64,000 nucleotides of DNA from contig CP084167.1 of assembly GCA_021513715.1 (NCBI GenBank), positions 1-64,000 of the forward strand. The letters run 5' to 3'. This document shows, in pieces, positions 9,601 through 18,081 of this stretch; within the stretch, counting starts at the first letter, position 1, and every line of letters starts with the position of its first letter. A program made the position numbers and the translations under genes. Under the pieces are notes generated by a model, which was given only the letters and a program-made list of their open reading frames with translations, did not search any database and was not told the DNA's origin. This DNA comes from Candidatus Heimdallarchaeum endolithica (GTDB lineage Archaea > Asgardarchaeota > Heimdallarchaeia > Heimdallarchaeales > Heimdallarchaeaceae).

Positions 9601-12087
9601 TTTGGAAATACAATGTCGTTGATGAATGATCTTGAACTAACAAACAGTTCTATTCATACACACCTTGAGAGTCAGACAAACAACATCACTATCCAAATTG
9701 ATAATACTAATACAAACATTGATACTCAAACAAATAATATCGTTATTGAAATTACGAATACAAACAGTACATTATCTCAGCAGCTGAACACAATCACAAC
9801 TGACATTGCTAATCTTCAAACAAATATTACGCTGCAAATTAATGATATCAGTTCGGAAATCAATAACTTACAAACAAATATTACTATACAAATTAACGAT
9901 CTTAATCAGACTGTTTTAAATGTCCAGACTAATCAGACGTTGCAATATAATGAATTGACTAGTTTAATCAACAACTTTGAAAGTAGTATGGACTCACAGC
10001 TTAACAGTATCAGTGTAAGTATTACGAACCTTCAAACTAACATGACTTTACAGTTCAATGATATAGATACAGCAATCACTAATACTGAAAGTAATATTAT
10101 TTCACAGATTAATAATCTTGAGACTATCATTAACAACTTTGAAACTTCAATGGATTCGCAGCTTAATTATCTATATCTGAATATTACTAACTTACAAAGC
10201 AATGTCACATTACAGTTTAATTCTATTAGTTCGGAAATCAATAACTTACAAACAAATATTACTATACAAATTAACGATCTTAATCAGACTGTTTTAAATG
10301 TCCAGACTAATCAGACGTTGCAATATAATGAATTGACTAGTTTAATCAACAACTTTGAAAGTAGTATGGACTCACAGCTTAACAGTATCAGTGTAAGTAT
10401 TACGAACCTTCAAACTAACATGACTTTACAGTTCAATGATATAGATACAGCAATCACTAATACTGAAAGTAATATTATTTCACAGATTAATAATCTTGAG
10501 ACTATCATTAACAACTTTGAAACTTCAATGGATTCGCAGCTTAATTATCTATATCTGAATATTACTAACTTACAAAGCAATGTCACATTACAGTTTAATT
10601 CTATTAGTTCGGAAATCAATAACTTACAAACTAATATGACTATACAGATAAACGATCTTAATCAGACTGTTATCAATGTTCAAACTAATCAAACGTTGCA
10701 ATATAATGAATTAACTTCGTTAATTAATAACTTCGAGACAAATATGGATTCACAGCTGAACTCTATCAATATCTCTATTACGAACCTTCAAACTAACATG
10801 ACTTTGCAGTTCAATGACATAAGCAACCAAATAACTAATATTAATAGCACTATTACAGAGCAATTAAACGAAATAGAGGTTTTAATCAACAACTTTGAGA
10901 CAAGTATGGATCAACAACTTAATTCTCTGAATGTCTCAATTTTAAACAATAGAGCAAATATAACAATGCAAATAAACGAGCTCGATATTGAGATACAAAA
11001 CGTTCACACAGAAGTGATTGCTCAAGCAAATAACATAAATGCGAATTTAGAGAATGTCAACGCAACAATATATACACAAACTATTGAAATACTTAATTCA
11101 ATTTATAACAATAACGCGACTATTTATAATCAAACAGTTACTTTGTTAAACGCTATAAGTCAAACAAATAGCACACTGTATGAACAATCGATTAGTATTT
11201 TGAATCAAATTGATTTGACTAACGCTACACAAGTCACTTTACTTTTGCAAACTTACGAATACTTACTTGACCAGGAAAACTATTATACAATTTATTTCAT
11301 CTTGACGAATCTTCAGGGTGTTGGATTGAATTTTGAAACAGCTGCAATATATGTAAATAACTCGCTTATCTCTGATTTTAAACAGATTTACTATAAAAAC
11401 AGCTTATTGTTTATCGAAGTTAGAGACTGGTTTAACAACACTTTGTTACTTACTAATATAACTGTAAGCATTAATAATCAAATTATTACTCTCAATTTAC
11501 CTTTAGTCGAACAAACATTTGAGAACGATTATGATGTTCCTGTAGAAGTCACCTTGATAAGTGTTTATAATGAAAATGAAACAGTTGGTTACACTATTTA
11601 CGCTCATTCTTCAATTACTATACTGCTTTTTGCTAATAGTTATCATGTAAAAGTAACACCCCTTGAAGATAGTTACACTAATGCGACACATATTACATAT
11701 TATTATCCTGAAACGAAGAAATTTCAAGATTTAGGCTACGATTCAAATAAGGTTTATAAAATAACCATGAGCACCAAAACAGAAGAACTCTACAGTTCTG
11801 ATGAAATCGATGCTACAGCACAAGCAAGAAACGCAAAAATGATGCTTATTATGAGCGCAATACTGAACGCGCTATTAATCACTTTTATTGGGTTTATCTC
11901 ACGTTACGGTATCGTTAAAACCTGGAATATCATTGCGACACCAATTTATTACTTCTTGAAATTCTTTACTGATTTATTCGAATTACCTGCACCTAAGTTA
12001 TTTATCAAAGATGAGGGGGGCATAGATTTTGTAACGGTGGAACAACAAAGAAAGTTCCATGAAAGAAGAGCAAGAGGTTTGATATAA
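6619..12087 (+). CDS. Giant membrane-anchored adhesin/fibre with CBM-like beta domains and an 18-aa-periodic coiled-coil stalk
   Basis: Signal peptide; GFEKG...YISFDYY...WQK...FYFDNIKI (CBM4/9-like jelly-roll signature); ~550 aa of 18-residue repeats rich in N-x-T; C-terminal TM. Confidence 0.8.
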   Translation: MKRNIILYSLVMMLIISNVINISLKQDDGNTQKETDNINSLYPEKDDEIADTQEESYLQQSDSSALRQSYATTDNSYKVNMATQVDTSTWYQGETIKTEMKFNKQIPDYYTYTSELYHSGSTTPFEDVDIAIISPGASLKDDSSNTYITFSPDSDITIANYIRTTFYSKIYAGGSGALYAQGYARWYYSGSSYYSTSVTSDSYTISTSYLDGSGYLHIYVNIYADDSADKLTFMVGFMNYETGNYETVLQIEKTGCGSSNFHLATAVIDYLYFQREEIIDNVRSTYKYTTQTTKIHKLEIYSIANVESISIYYPKHMIFSSISPTASYSLSSNILTIDNPVELKYSLFFSSNSSNFLALKDVSSEFQNNIGFEKGLFYDWKNAENSPYVFETIEHSSSIVSEGIFSLKLASTDTGSDLIYFYCNNFEPGEYYISFDYYISNLEYGYYNPSELRFSYYSSSSWRKTVLGTSDYYIANRWQKAFIYADIIPDSSNRIFRIYSYGAKGEFYFDNIKIWKVSTDIKTICSNKYEISSTFISWDGYKNPSLSNHKVNFDIYDATTQTLEESYSLATNENGLATWTLNQELEEKEYEIRAYTYSNWFGDRIEAQLGDRWDFEDSDTWVGKSADLFEQKEYYVHAYDDGDAAWHGMRTLADFQIYDSDVFIYRIKGSTSDISFNAFWVYDGSVSYSRTITFSTPGSWEIYTWNWGYDFSVSEIRFESKSSGVAFDIYMDYLKIVDESFFSPFYFTPEIFTSDPVLYESSDYFVLSSTNDDYNYEIFSDNQFIGYYSDLEIIPKNLTAGNHNLTAVLYSDSQNQAYIPSTYEYLYTITESELCTLTFYDQQGRYIDARTFVIFVNSERIYGDSFIWSDVSQTINLEIQDIFGHVIYSNSTEEYERFKDFVLDYYSVKIQNQQELPVWVSISSNGQIFSSWIFSWEVEEFRIYSGSYTFTVYYCSDPTASFTQVTTNGTYVSYAFDVNSDTALIVTGYTIADIFGNTMSLMNDLELTNSSIHTHLESQTNNITIQIDNTNTNIDTQTNNIVIEITNTNSTLSQQLNTITTDIANLQTNITLQINDISSEINNLQTNITIQINDLNQTVLNVQTNQTLQYNELTSLINNFESSMDSQLNSISVSITNLQTNMTLQFNDIDTAITNTESNIISQINNLETIINNFETSMDSQLNYLYLNITNLQSNVTLQFNSISSEINNLQTNITIQINDLNQTVLNVQTNQTLQYNELTSLINNFESSMDSQLNSISVSITNLQTNMTLQFNDIDTAITNTESNIISQINNLETIINNFETSMDSQLNYLYLNITNLQSNVTLQFNSISSEINNLQTNMTIQINDLNQTVINVQTNQTLQYNELTSLINNFETNMDSQLNSINISITNLQTNMTLQFNDISNQITNINSTITEQLNEIEVLINNFETSMDQQLNSLNVSILNNRANITMQINELDIEIQNVHTEVIAQANNINANLENVNATIYTQTIEILNSIYNNNATIYNQTVTLLNAISQTNSTLYEQSISILNQIDLTNATQVTLLLQTYEYLLDQENYYTIYFILTNLQGVGLNFETAAIYVNNSLISDFKQIYYKNSLLFIEVRDWFNNTLLLTNITVSINNQIITLNLPLVEQTFENDYDVPVEVTLISVYNENETVGYTIYAHSSITILLFANSYHVKVTPLEDSYTNATHITYYYPETKKFQDLGYDSNKVYKITMSTKTEELYSSDEIDATAQARNAKMMLIMSAILNALLITFIGFISRYGIVKTWNIIATPIYYFLKFFTDLFELPAPKLFIKDEGGIDFVTVEQQRKFHERRARGLI
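9850..10631 (+). repeat. Exact 378-bp tandem duplication (126 aa = 7 x 18 aa) plus the start of a third, diverging copy
   Basis: 9850-10227 identical to 10228-10605 base by base; identity continues to 10631. Confidence 0.95.
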
Positions 12088-12088
12088 A

Positions 12089-13645
12089 ATGAGTCAACAA
12101 TTAACAACATTACAAGAATCTGATTTGAAATTTAAGTTAAAAGTTAGATATGAATCTGAACCTAATACTATACTTGAGACTGCACATTTGATAAGTAAGG
12201 ATCTGCGAGTAAAAATCAAAGATGTTGGCATTCTTTTTGAAACTAAAGGAAAAGCTTGGGTTGTTGAAACCCTTGAATTGAACGAGGAAAAGATGCTTTC
12301 TACTGTCATACAGCAGACTGTTGGTGGAGCTTGGATTGCTTTTGAAGTAGTCCATGAGAAAGATGTGGCAATTGAAAAGATGTTTATTGAAGTAGAACGT
12401 GCAAGCAGAGATTTATCAATCATGATGTATCCCATGTATTTTGTTATTGGTGTTTTAATGGTTATTGAGTTCTTACTTATTAAAAAGACAGTTTTCGAGA
12501 AAGAGCTGATTATACTAACAAGACAAGACTGGCAAGTAATCATGTGGATTAGCATAGCAGTCATTGGTTGGTTTGGTTTTCTGTTATATTACGTTCGTAA
12601 GCAACGTATTCATGAAGCTTATTTTCAGTCTATAGGTCTTGATTACACTACAGAACGAACACTTGATTTTTACTTTTTGTCTCAAACAATATTCAAGCAA
12701 AAAAAGACCCTACGTTACACCATAACTCTTCAATGTCTGAGAGGGTATTATTATCACCCTGATCTTCCTGAAAAAGTTTTTTTTAGTCAAGACAGGACAG
12801 ATATTTTAACTTTAGAAGACATTAAACATCAACTAAAGCTTGCTACAGATGCAATTAAAGTTCTTGAAGAAAAAGAATTTGAAATCTATGAAGAAATAGA
12901 GACAATTAAAAGTGAAGAGAGAGAGTTACAACGAGCTTATTTACAACACGATGATATTGAATTAGAAGAAAGATTAAAGGAAATCAGTACTTTACTTAAA
13001 CAAAAGAAAGACCAGATCGCAGAAATACAAAAAGAGATAGCAAAAACAAAAGAAGAAAAGCTTAAACGTAAAGCAGTTTTACAAAAAGAGTTTTTTGATA
13101 TTATAAAGAATGTTTTTGGTTTAGAATTTACTACAAAACATAAAGAAAAGAAAAATGAATTTTTATACGCCTATGATCATATACAAAAGCTTCGTTCTGT
13201 TGTAGCAGACTTGAGAAATCAGAACATCACACTCAAACAAGCTCTTGCAGGAACATATAATACTCTTACTCAATTACAGGATACATTTAATCAACAAGTT
13301 GCAGAAGAAAGTGCCAGGAGAACATCAACAAATTATGAATATTTGATTACTGACGAAGACAAACTAGCTCAAGCTCAAAATAACAAAAAACAGCAAAAAC
13401 AGAGTTCTTCAGTTAGTGGAGATATGATTCTTAACGCATTAATCAAACTAGCTGTATTTGCAGGAGTAATTGGCGGACTTGTATACGCAATAATTACAAT
13501 TATCAAAAACGTTGCTGCACTTAACCCTCTTGTTGCTGTTCTAATAATTCTTGGTATGGCCATCGCTTTAACAGTTGCTTACAAACTGACAAACCGTTTC
13601 ATTTCATTTGCTACTGATACAAATGCCAGGATAAAACTTCAGTAA
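12089..13645 (+). CDS. Membrane protein: 2 TM, long coiled coil, C-terminal hydrophobic helical hairpin
   Basis: Hydrophobic segments near aa 110-170 and 446-500; E/K-rich coiled coil between them. Confidence 0.75.
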   Translation: MSQQLTTLQESDLKFKLKVRYESEPNTILETAHLISKDLRVKIKDVGILFETKGKAWVVETLELNEEKMLSTVIQQTVGGAWIAFEVVHEKDVAIEKMFIEVERASRDLSIMMYPMYFVIGVLMVIEFLLIKKTVFEKELIILTRQDWQVIMWISIAVIGWFGFLLYYVRKQRIHEAYFQSIGLDYTTERTLDFYFLSQTIFKQKKTLRYTITLQCLRGYYYHPDLPEKVFFSQDRTDILTLEDIKHQLKLATDAIKVLEEKEFEIYEEIETIKSEERELQRAYLQHDDIELEERLKEISTLLKQKKDQIAEIQKEIAKTKEEKLKRKAVLQKEFFDIIKNVFGLEFTTKHKEKKNEFLYAYDHIQKLRSVVADLRNQNITLKQALAGTYNTLTQLQDTFNQQVAEESARRTSTNYEYLITDEDKLAQAQNNKKQQKQSSSVSGDMILNALIKLAVFAGVIGGLVYAIITIIKNVAALNPLVAVLIILGMAIALTVAYKLTNRFISFATDTNARIKLQ

Positions 13646-13662
13646 AATTTTGAGGTGAAATA

Positions 13663-14133
13663 TTGTCAAGTACATTCAACGATTTGGAACAAATACTCGA
13701 GCTTGTAAGAGAAGAAGTAAAAAACGCAATAGATGAATATAAGAAAACAGCTCCTGAATTTAAAAAGCAAATAGATGAATTATTCTCTTTTAGTGTCGAT
13801 TTTGAAAAAAGTACAAGTAAAATTATACAGTTAATCATGGACTATGCAGAAAAACCTCACAATGCTCTTCCTATTATCCCAAGCATAATGGATACTACCC
13901 AGGATTTAATCACAACACAAAAAAACTACGATAGAGCAAAAAGATTTCCCCATTTGTTTCCTTATAACTTAACTGCTCTACGGAGCCAATATTTACAACT
14001 TAAACAACTATGGAACAAAAAAATTTGGATTCTTATAGTTAGAGCAAAACTTAGTACTCGTGTACAACGGAGTATTTGGTCAGCTCTTGAAAAACTCAAT
14101 CAATTTGATTTTGGAGGAGATGCAACGATATGA
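13663..14133 (+). CDS. Hypothetical helical protein
   Basis: GAGGTG SD and TTG start; ATGA overlap with the next gene. Confidence 0.65.
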   Translation: MSSTFNDLEQILELVREEVKNAIDEYKKTAPEFKKQIDELFSFSVDFEKSTSKIIQLIMDYAEKPHNALPIIPSIMDTTQDLITTQKNYDRAKRFPHLFPYNLTALRSQYLQLKQLWNKKIWILIVRAKLSTRVQRSIWSALEKLNQFDFGGDATI

Positions 14134-14852
14134 ATAGGCAGTTTAGGAATAATTTACTAATAATTTTTGTTATTTTTGTTATTGTTACATTCTTTATTCA
14201 GCAAGAAACAATTGTTGTTGAAGCTGCAAGAAATAAAACAACTGAAGGAATTTATACTGTTATTGATTATACAAGTGAGCTTTTCCCAGATTATGAAGAA
14301 TTTACAATCAGCTTTTTCATTAAGAGAACAGATTACCTTTTACTTGAAAAAAATGAGAGTTTCTTTATTACAGGATACCGTATAGTTCTCAACACTACCT
14401 TACTAGCTTATGTTGCTTACCATGACGTATTTGATTATAAACCAGAGTTAGAAAAAATTACACTTACATATGACAGAAGCGACTGGAATCTCACACAAAG
14501 TGACTATAATGCTGAACATAAACTAACAATACAAATCAGTTCAGTAGCCATTGATCCAGAAGGTAATGAGAAAAGAATAGCTGATGATATAATAACCACT
14601 ACTGTTTTTTTCGAAAGAGAAGCTACAGCTCAAGAAGTATTGAGCATTGTATTATTTACTTTAGTTCCGCTGATTGTTCTTTCAATTATTTTTGCCATTC
14701 ATCATAGATTGAATGAACGAACTTTTGAGAATGTTACCTACAGTAATATGCTCTACTTTATGTTCAGAAGAATTAAAAAGAGGAGAGTCAAAAAGTATGG
14801 TAGATATTATAGAAAAAAACACATTAAAAGGAAAAAAGCTCAAAGAATATAA
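14130..14852 (+). CDS. Membrane-anchored protein with a very basic cytoplasmic tail
   Basis: N-terminal signal/TM, C-terminal TM, tail RRIKKRRVKKYGRYYRKKHIKRKKAQRI. Confidence 0.7.
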   Translation: MNRQFRNNLLIIFVIFVIVTFFIQQETIVVEAARNKTTEGIYTVIDYTSELFPDYEEFTISFFIKRTDYLLLEKNESFFITGYRIVLNTTLLAYVAYHDVFDYKPELEKITLTYDRSDWNLTQSDYNAEHKLTIQISSVAIDPEGNEKRIADDIITTTVFFEREATAQEVLSIVLFTLVPLIVLSIIFAIHHRLNERTFENVTYSNMLYFMFRRIKKRRVKKYGRYYRKKHIKRKKAQRI

Positions 14853-15396
14853 AAACTATAAAGAGCATAAATACAGGCAAATAGCTGAAACTTCGAGATA
14901 TATCTATGTACGTTCATTCTATCCCATGAATAAAGGCTCTTCTGCAGTGAGGACAATTATTGACATTCGTTTTTACAAAAATAACAAAGTAAAAGATATA
15001 CGCAGTTATTATGTAGATAAAAAAGGAATAAAGCATCTTTTAGAGCTGATTTCTTTTAGTTCAAATAAAACTAAAATTTTACAAGTTGATATTCATGCAA
15101 TAATGAGACTTTTCAAGGATTTTAAAACACATTTGGCAATTAATCAAAAAGGAGAATACATTCTTCAACATTTAAAACTAACAAATACTTTAGAGCGATA
15201 TGGTCTTTCAGCTGAACTCTACCTTAATAATAAATTAGCTGCTTCTACGAGTTATTATAATCCAAGACTACATAAATACAGAGAAAAAGTTGCTGAAATT
15301 AATGGCCCTGGATATAGACTTACTTTTCGAATATTAAATGAAGTAAAATATAACCTCCATGGGAAAAATTATCTTAAAAAGTTTTTTAGGAGTTGA
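14797..15396 (+). CDS. Basic hypothetical protein
   Basis: AGGAG upstream of ATG 14797; K/R/Y-rich. Confidence 0.6.
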   Translation: MVDIIEKNTLKGKKLKEYKNYKEHKYRQIAETSRYIYVRSFYPMNKGSSAVRTIIDIRFYKNNKVKDIRSYYVDKKGIKHLLELISFSSNKTKILQVDIHAIMRLFKDFKTHLAINQKGEYILQHLKLTNTLERYGLSAELYLNNKLAASTSYYNPRLHKYREKVAEINGPGYRLTFRILNEVKYNLHGKNYLKKFFRS

Positions 15397-15665
15397 AATA
15401 AATTGAACAACTCTTTATATGCTCTTTTGGGTGCTTTTTTATCATACCAGGAAACAAGATCATATATCTCCCAGATTATATTGCAAAGCTCTTCATTATC
15501 ACTTTCTATAGGATCACTTAATTCTATTAATTCTTGTAGCATCTTAAAAGGAACTTTACGCTTTTTTACATCCTTTTCATATTCAAGTAAGAATTTGGCT
15601 AAAGCTGTAAAGGATTTAGTGAAATCATCTTTTTCTTCTACCATTTTGATTTTTGCACTCATCAA
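15369..15665 (-). CDS. Hypothetical protein
   Basis: Natural charged composition; preferred over the antisense ORF 15403-15756. Confidence 0.55.
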   Translation of the reverse strand: MMSAKIKMVEEKDDFTKSFTALAKFLLEYEKDVKKRKVPFKMLQELIELSDPIESDNEELCNIIWEIYDLVSWYDKKAPKRAYKELFNLFQLLKNFLR

Positions 15666-15745
15666 TTATATTTGCTACATGCAATCTAATAAAGGTTGTT
15701 TCTTAACATATTTATTTTTTGATAAAAACTTAAGGGGTAATATAA

Positions 15746-17707
15746 ATGAGTATTAATGGTTTTTCAGCTCGTCCCTCTACTTTTTACGATGTTTCTAAAC
15801 TTTTCAAATCTTCAGAAACGAAAAAAATTGTTAGAAAAAACGTTTCTTACATAATAAAGAAAGAATTTGAGTATGTAATCACTAAACAACTCAATATAGT
15901 CATAGATATTTTTGGACTTCCTGGTTCAGGTAAAAGTGAGAATGCTTTTGCTCTCTGGTTCCTCTGGAAAAAAATGAATAAAGAGCTTTTAGATAGAGAA
16001 GTTCATTTACATATCTCTTTCAATCGCTATGAAACAATCAATGCTGTGAAAAAAGCTAAGCCTGGAGATTTGATAATTCAGGACGAAGATAGTCGGTTAA
16101 GTGGCCATGGTTCTCAAACAGCTGTTGATCAGATGAATAACGTTATTGATCATATTAGAGAGACACAAATCAGTTTTATTTTTGTTAGCCCTCACCCTAA
16201 ATCTACTTTAGCTTTAGCAAACTTAAAACTTGAGCAATTACTGAAAAATTATGATAAAAGGCAAAATTTTGCTCTTTTAAGAAATAATGCTGATAAGCTT
16301 CTTGGACATGTAATAATCAATTTACATAATGATGAGGAATTTAGAAAACAATATAGAGCTCTAAAAACGCAAAATCTTGAAAAATTGAAACAGAAACAAG
16401 GAAGGGATAGTGTCCAAATTTCTATTGAACAACTTGAAGAAGATTCTAACTGTATAATCAATGCAAGTATAGAACATAATATTTCTATAGAGCAAAAAAG
16501 AGATGTTGAGCTTTTAGCCGCTCTAAGTGGAGTTAGCGGTCATACAAAATATATTGATTATCTTACTAACTACATCCTGAAAAAGAAAGTTTCTCAAAAC
16601 AACTTTTTTGTTGATGATGAGAAAAGTATCCCTAACATCTCAGACAGTTCTAAGTTTATTTTGTTAAGAGATTTAATTTGTTCATATTTTACAACAAAGC
16701 TAAATGTTCCCGAACCCTTCTCAAGAGTTGCTACTGCCATGTTACTCTGGGAAAAAGAATTATACACTCTTAAAGGTCAAAAGCTTTATCCTTCCACTGT
16801 TAAACTTGATTTAGTTAAGCGTACAGATATAGCTAAAATGTGGGCAGATAAAGTATCAGCTCAATCAATTTATCAAGCCATCAGTCAATATGCAGATCAA
16901 TATCACGAGTGCTGGAACAAACTTACTACTCACGATTTAGAACAAATAGGTGAATTTTATGCCTATAAATGCCTAAAGGGCGCTTTATCTAATTTTTCCC
17001 AGATTGCAAACCTAAACCCCCCTCTCTTTTCTTCTTCTTCTTCCCCCCTTTTTCTTTCTCTTTCTCTTTCTCTTTCTCTTTCTCTTTCTCTTTCTCGTCA
17101 GGTTCGTGATTCTTTCAACCAGGATTCTTCTTTGAAGCCTTACGATCTTGCTCTTTTTTCCGATCCTGATACTGCTGGTGATATTTCTGATAGTGATTCT
17201 GCTGATGCTCTTGCTCTTGATCATTTTGCTTTGGCCCTTTTCAATCATAAACTCCTTACTACCAAACGTAGCAGTAGTGAAAAAAGGTTTGGTGAGAAGT
17301 TAGATTCTCATCCTGGACTCAAATTTATGTGGAAGACTGAAACTCGTCCTTTCCATGAAACTATTTCTTTGTTTATTCCTGGAGAAGACCAGGAAAGAAA
17401 ACTTCAGGAAGCTTTTTACCGTGAAAAATACACCGAACTAGTCCAAAAATTACATTCTCTCCTTAGTCCTTTATTAACTGAAGAAGAGAAAACAAAAGCA
17501 AAAGCAAAAGCAAAAGAAAAAGAAAAAGAAAAAATGAAAGAGAAAATTCCCCGGGGAATAGAAATTTTTCTGGAAGGTTTAGGTTCTGAACTGGACTTCA
17601 ACAATCTGACACTCGAACAAGTAATTATACTTACAGTAATACAAGAGGAGAAGGTTAGGTCTGGAAAAGAGAACAAAAAAAAGAAGAGGTTTGATATAGA
17701 TGTGTAG
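15746..17707 (+). CDS. Zot/pI-like P-loop ATPase with a C-terminal extension (possible PD-(D/E)XK-like domain); putative morphogenesis/extrusion ATPase
   Basis: Walker A GLPGSGKS, Walker B LIIQDE, downstream R...FIFVSP; lies at the end of the membrane-protein operon. Confidence 0.65.
   Translation: MSINGFSARPSTFYDVSKLFKSSETKKIVRKNVSYIIKKEFEYVITKQLNIVIDIFGLPGSGKSENAFALWFLWKKMNKELLDREVHLHISFNRYETINAVKKAKPGDLIIQDEDSRLSGHGSQTAVDQMNNVIDHIRETQISFIFVSPHPKSTLALANLKLEQLLKNYDKRQNFALLRNNADKLLGHVIINLHNDEEFRKQYRALKTQNLEKLKQKQGRDSVQISIEQLEEDSNCIINASIEHNISIEQKRDVELLAALSGVSGHTKYIDYLTNYILKKKVSQNNFFVDDEKSIPNISDSSKFILLRDLICSYFTTKLNVPEPFSRVATAMLLWEKELYTLKGQKLYPSTVKLDLVKRTDIAKMWADKVSAQSIYQAISQYADQYHECWNKLTTHDLEQIGEFYAYKCLKGALSNFSQIANLNPPLFSSSSSPLFLSLSLSLSLSLSLSRQVRDSFNQDSSLKPYDLALFSDPDTAGDISDSDSADALALDHFALALFNHKLLTTKRSSSEKRFGEKLDSHPGLKFMWKTETRPFHETISLFIPGEDQERKLQEAFYREKYTELVQKLHSLLSPLLTEEEKTKAKAKAKEKEKEKMKEKIPRGIEIFLEGLGSELDFNNLTLEQVIILTVIQEEKVRSGKENKKKKRFDIDV
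17054..17095 (+). repeat. (CTTTCT)7 microsatellite inside an 80-nt pure pyrimidine tract (17017-17096)
   Basis: Read directly; encodes (LS)7. Confidence 0.95.
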
Positions 17708-17885
17708 AATGTTTTCTAATCTTGAACTTGCATATATACTTAAAACTGCTAATCTTCTTTTTCTTTACCCAAATTTAGAAGATTTATATTTCTTCAATGA
17801 ACAGCTCAAAAATCCAAAAAATATTATTGAACTTGATCCAGTTCAGGATAAAAAATTAATTGAATTTCTGTTGAATTTGGATTGA
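17700..17885 (+). CDS. Small hypothetical protein
   Basis: Overlaps the ATPase stop; GAGGT upstream. Confidence 0.45.
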   Translation: MCRMFSNLELAYILKTANLLFLYPNLEDLYFFNEQLKNPKNIIELDPVQDKKLIEFLLNLD

Positions 17886-18081
17886 TTAATATATTTCAGA
17901 ATCTAATCAAGAGTAGATAGAAATCTTTGAAATTCCTCTTTTGACTTGGGCACTTGTTTATAAACACTTTAAATTCTTGCCCGTGAAATAGTTAATTTCT
18001 AAGTAAGAATATGCGTTTTGGTATGATTGGCTGAAGACTAACAGAAAGAAATATTAATGTCAAGTATATTAAATAAATAAT

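Noticed and set aside
9620-11270. CRISPR array or tape-measure gene
   Set aside because: Repeats are in-frame coding units with no unique spacers; the protein has a signal peptide and TM anchor, and no tail genes are present
15403-15756. 117-aa plus-strand ORF
   Set aside because: S/L/F-rich shadow of the better minus-strand ORF 15369-15665
17012-17248. Minus-strand ORF with (RK)n, protamine-like
   Set aside because: Antisense shadow of the CTTTCT microsatellite inside the ATPase gene
15746-17707. Terminase large subunit
   Set aside because: No RNase H-type nuclease motifs, and no portal or HK97 capsid gene nearby
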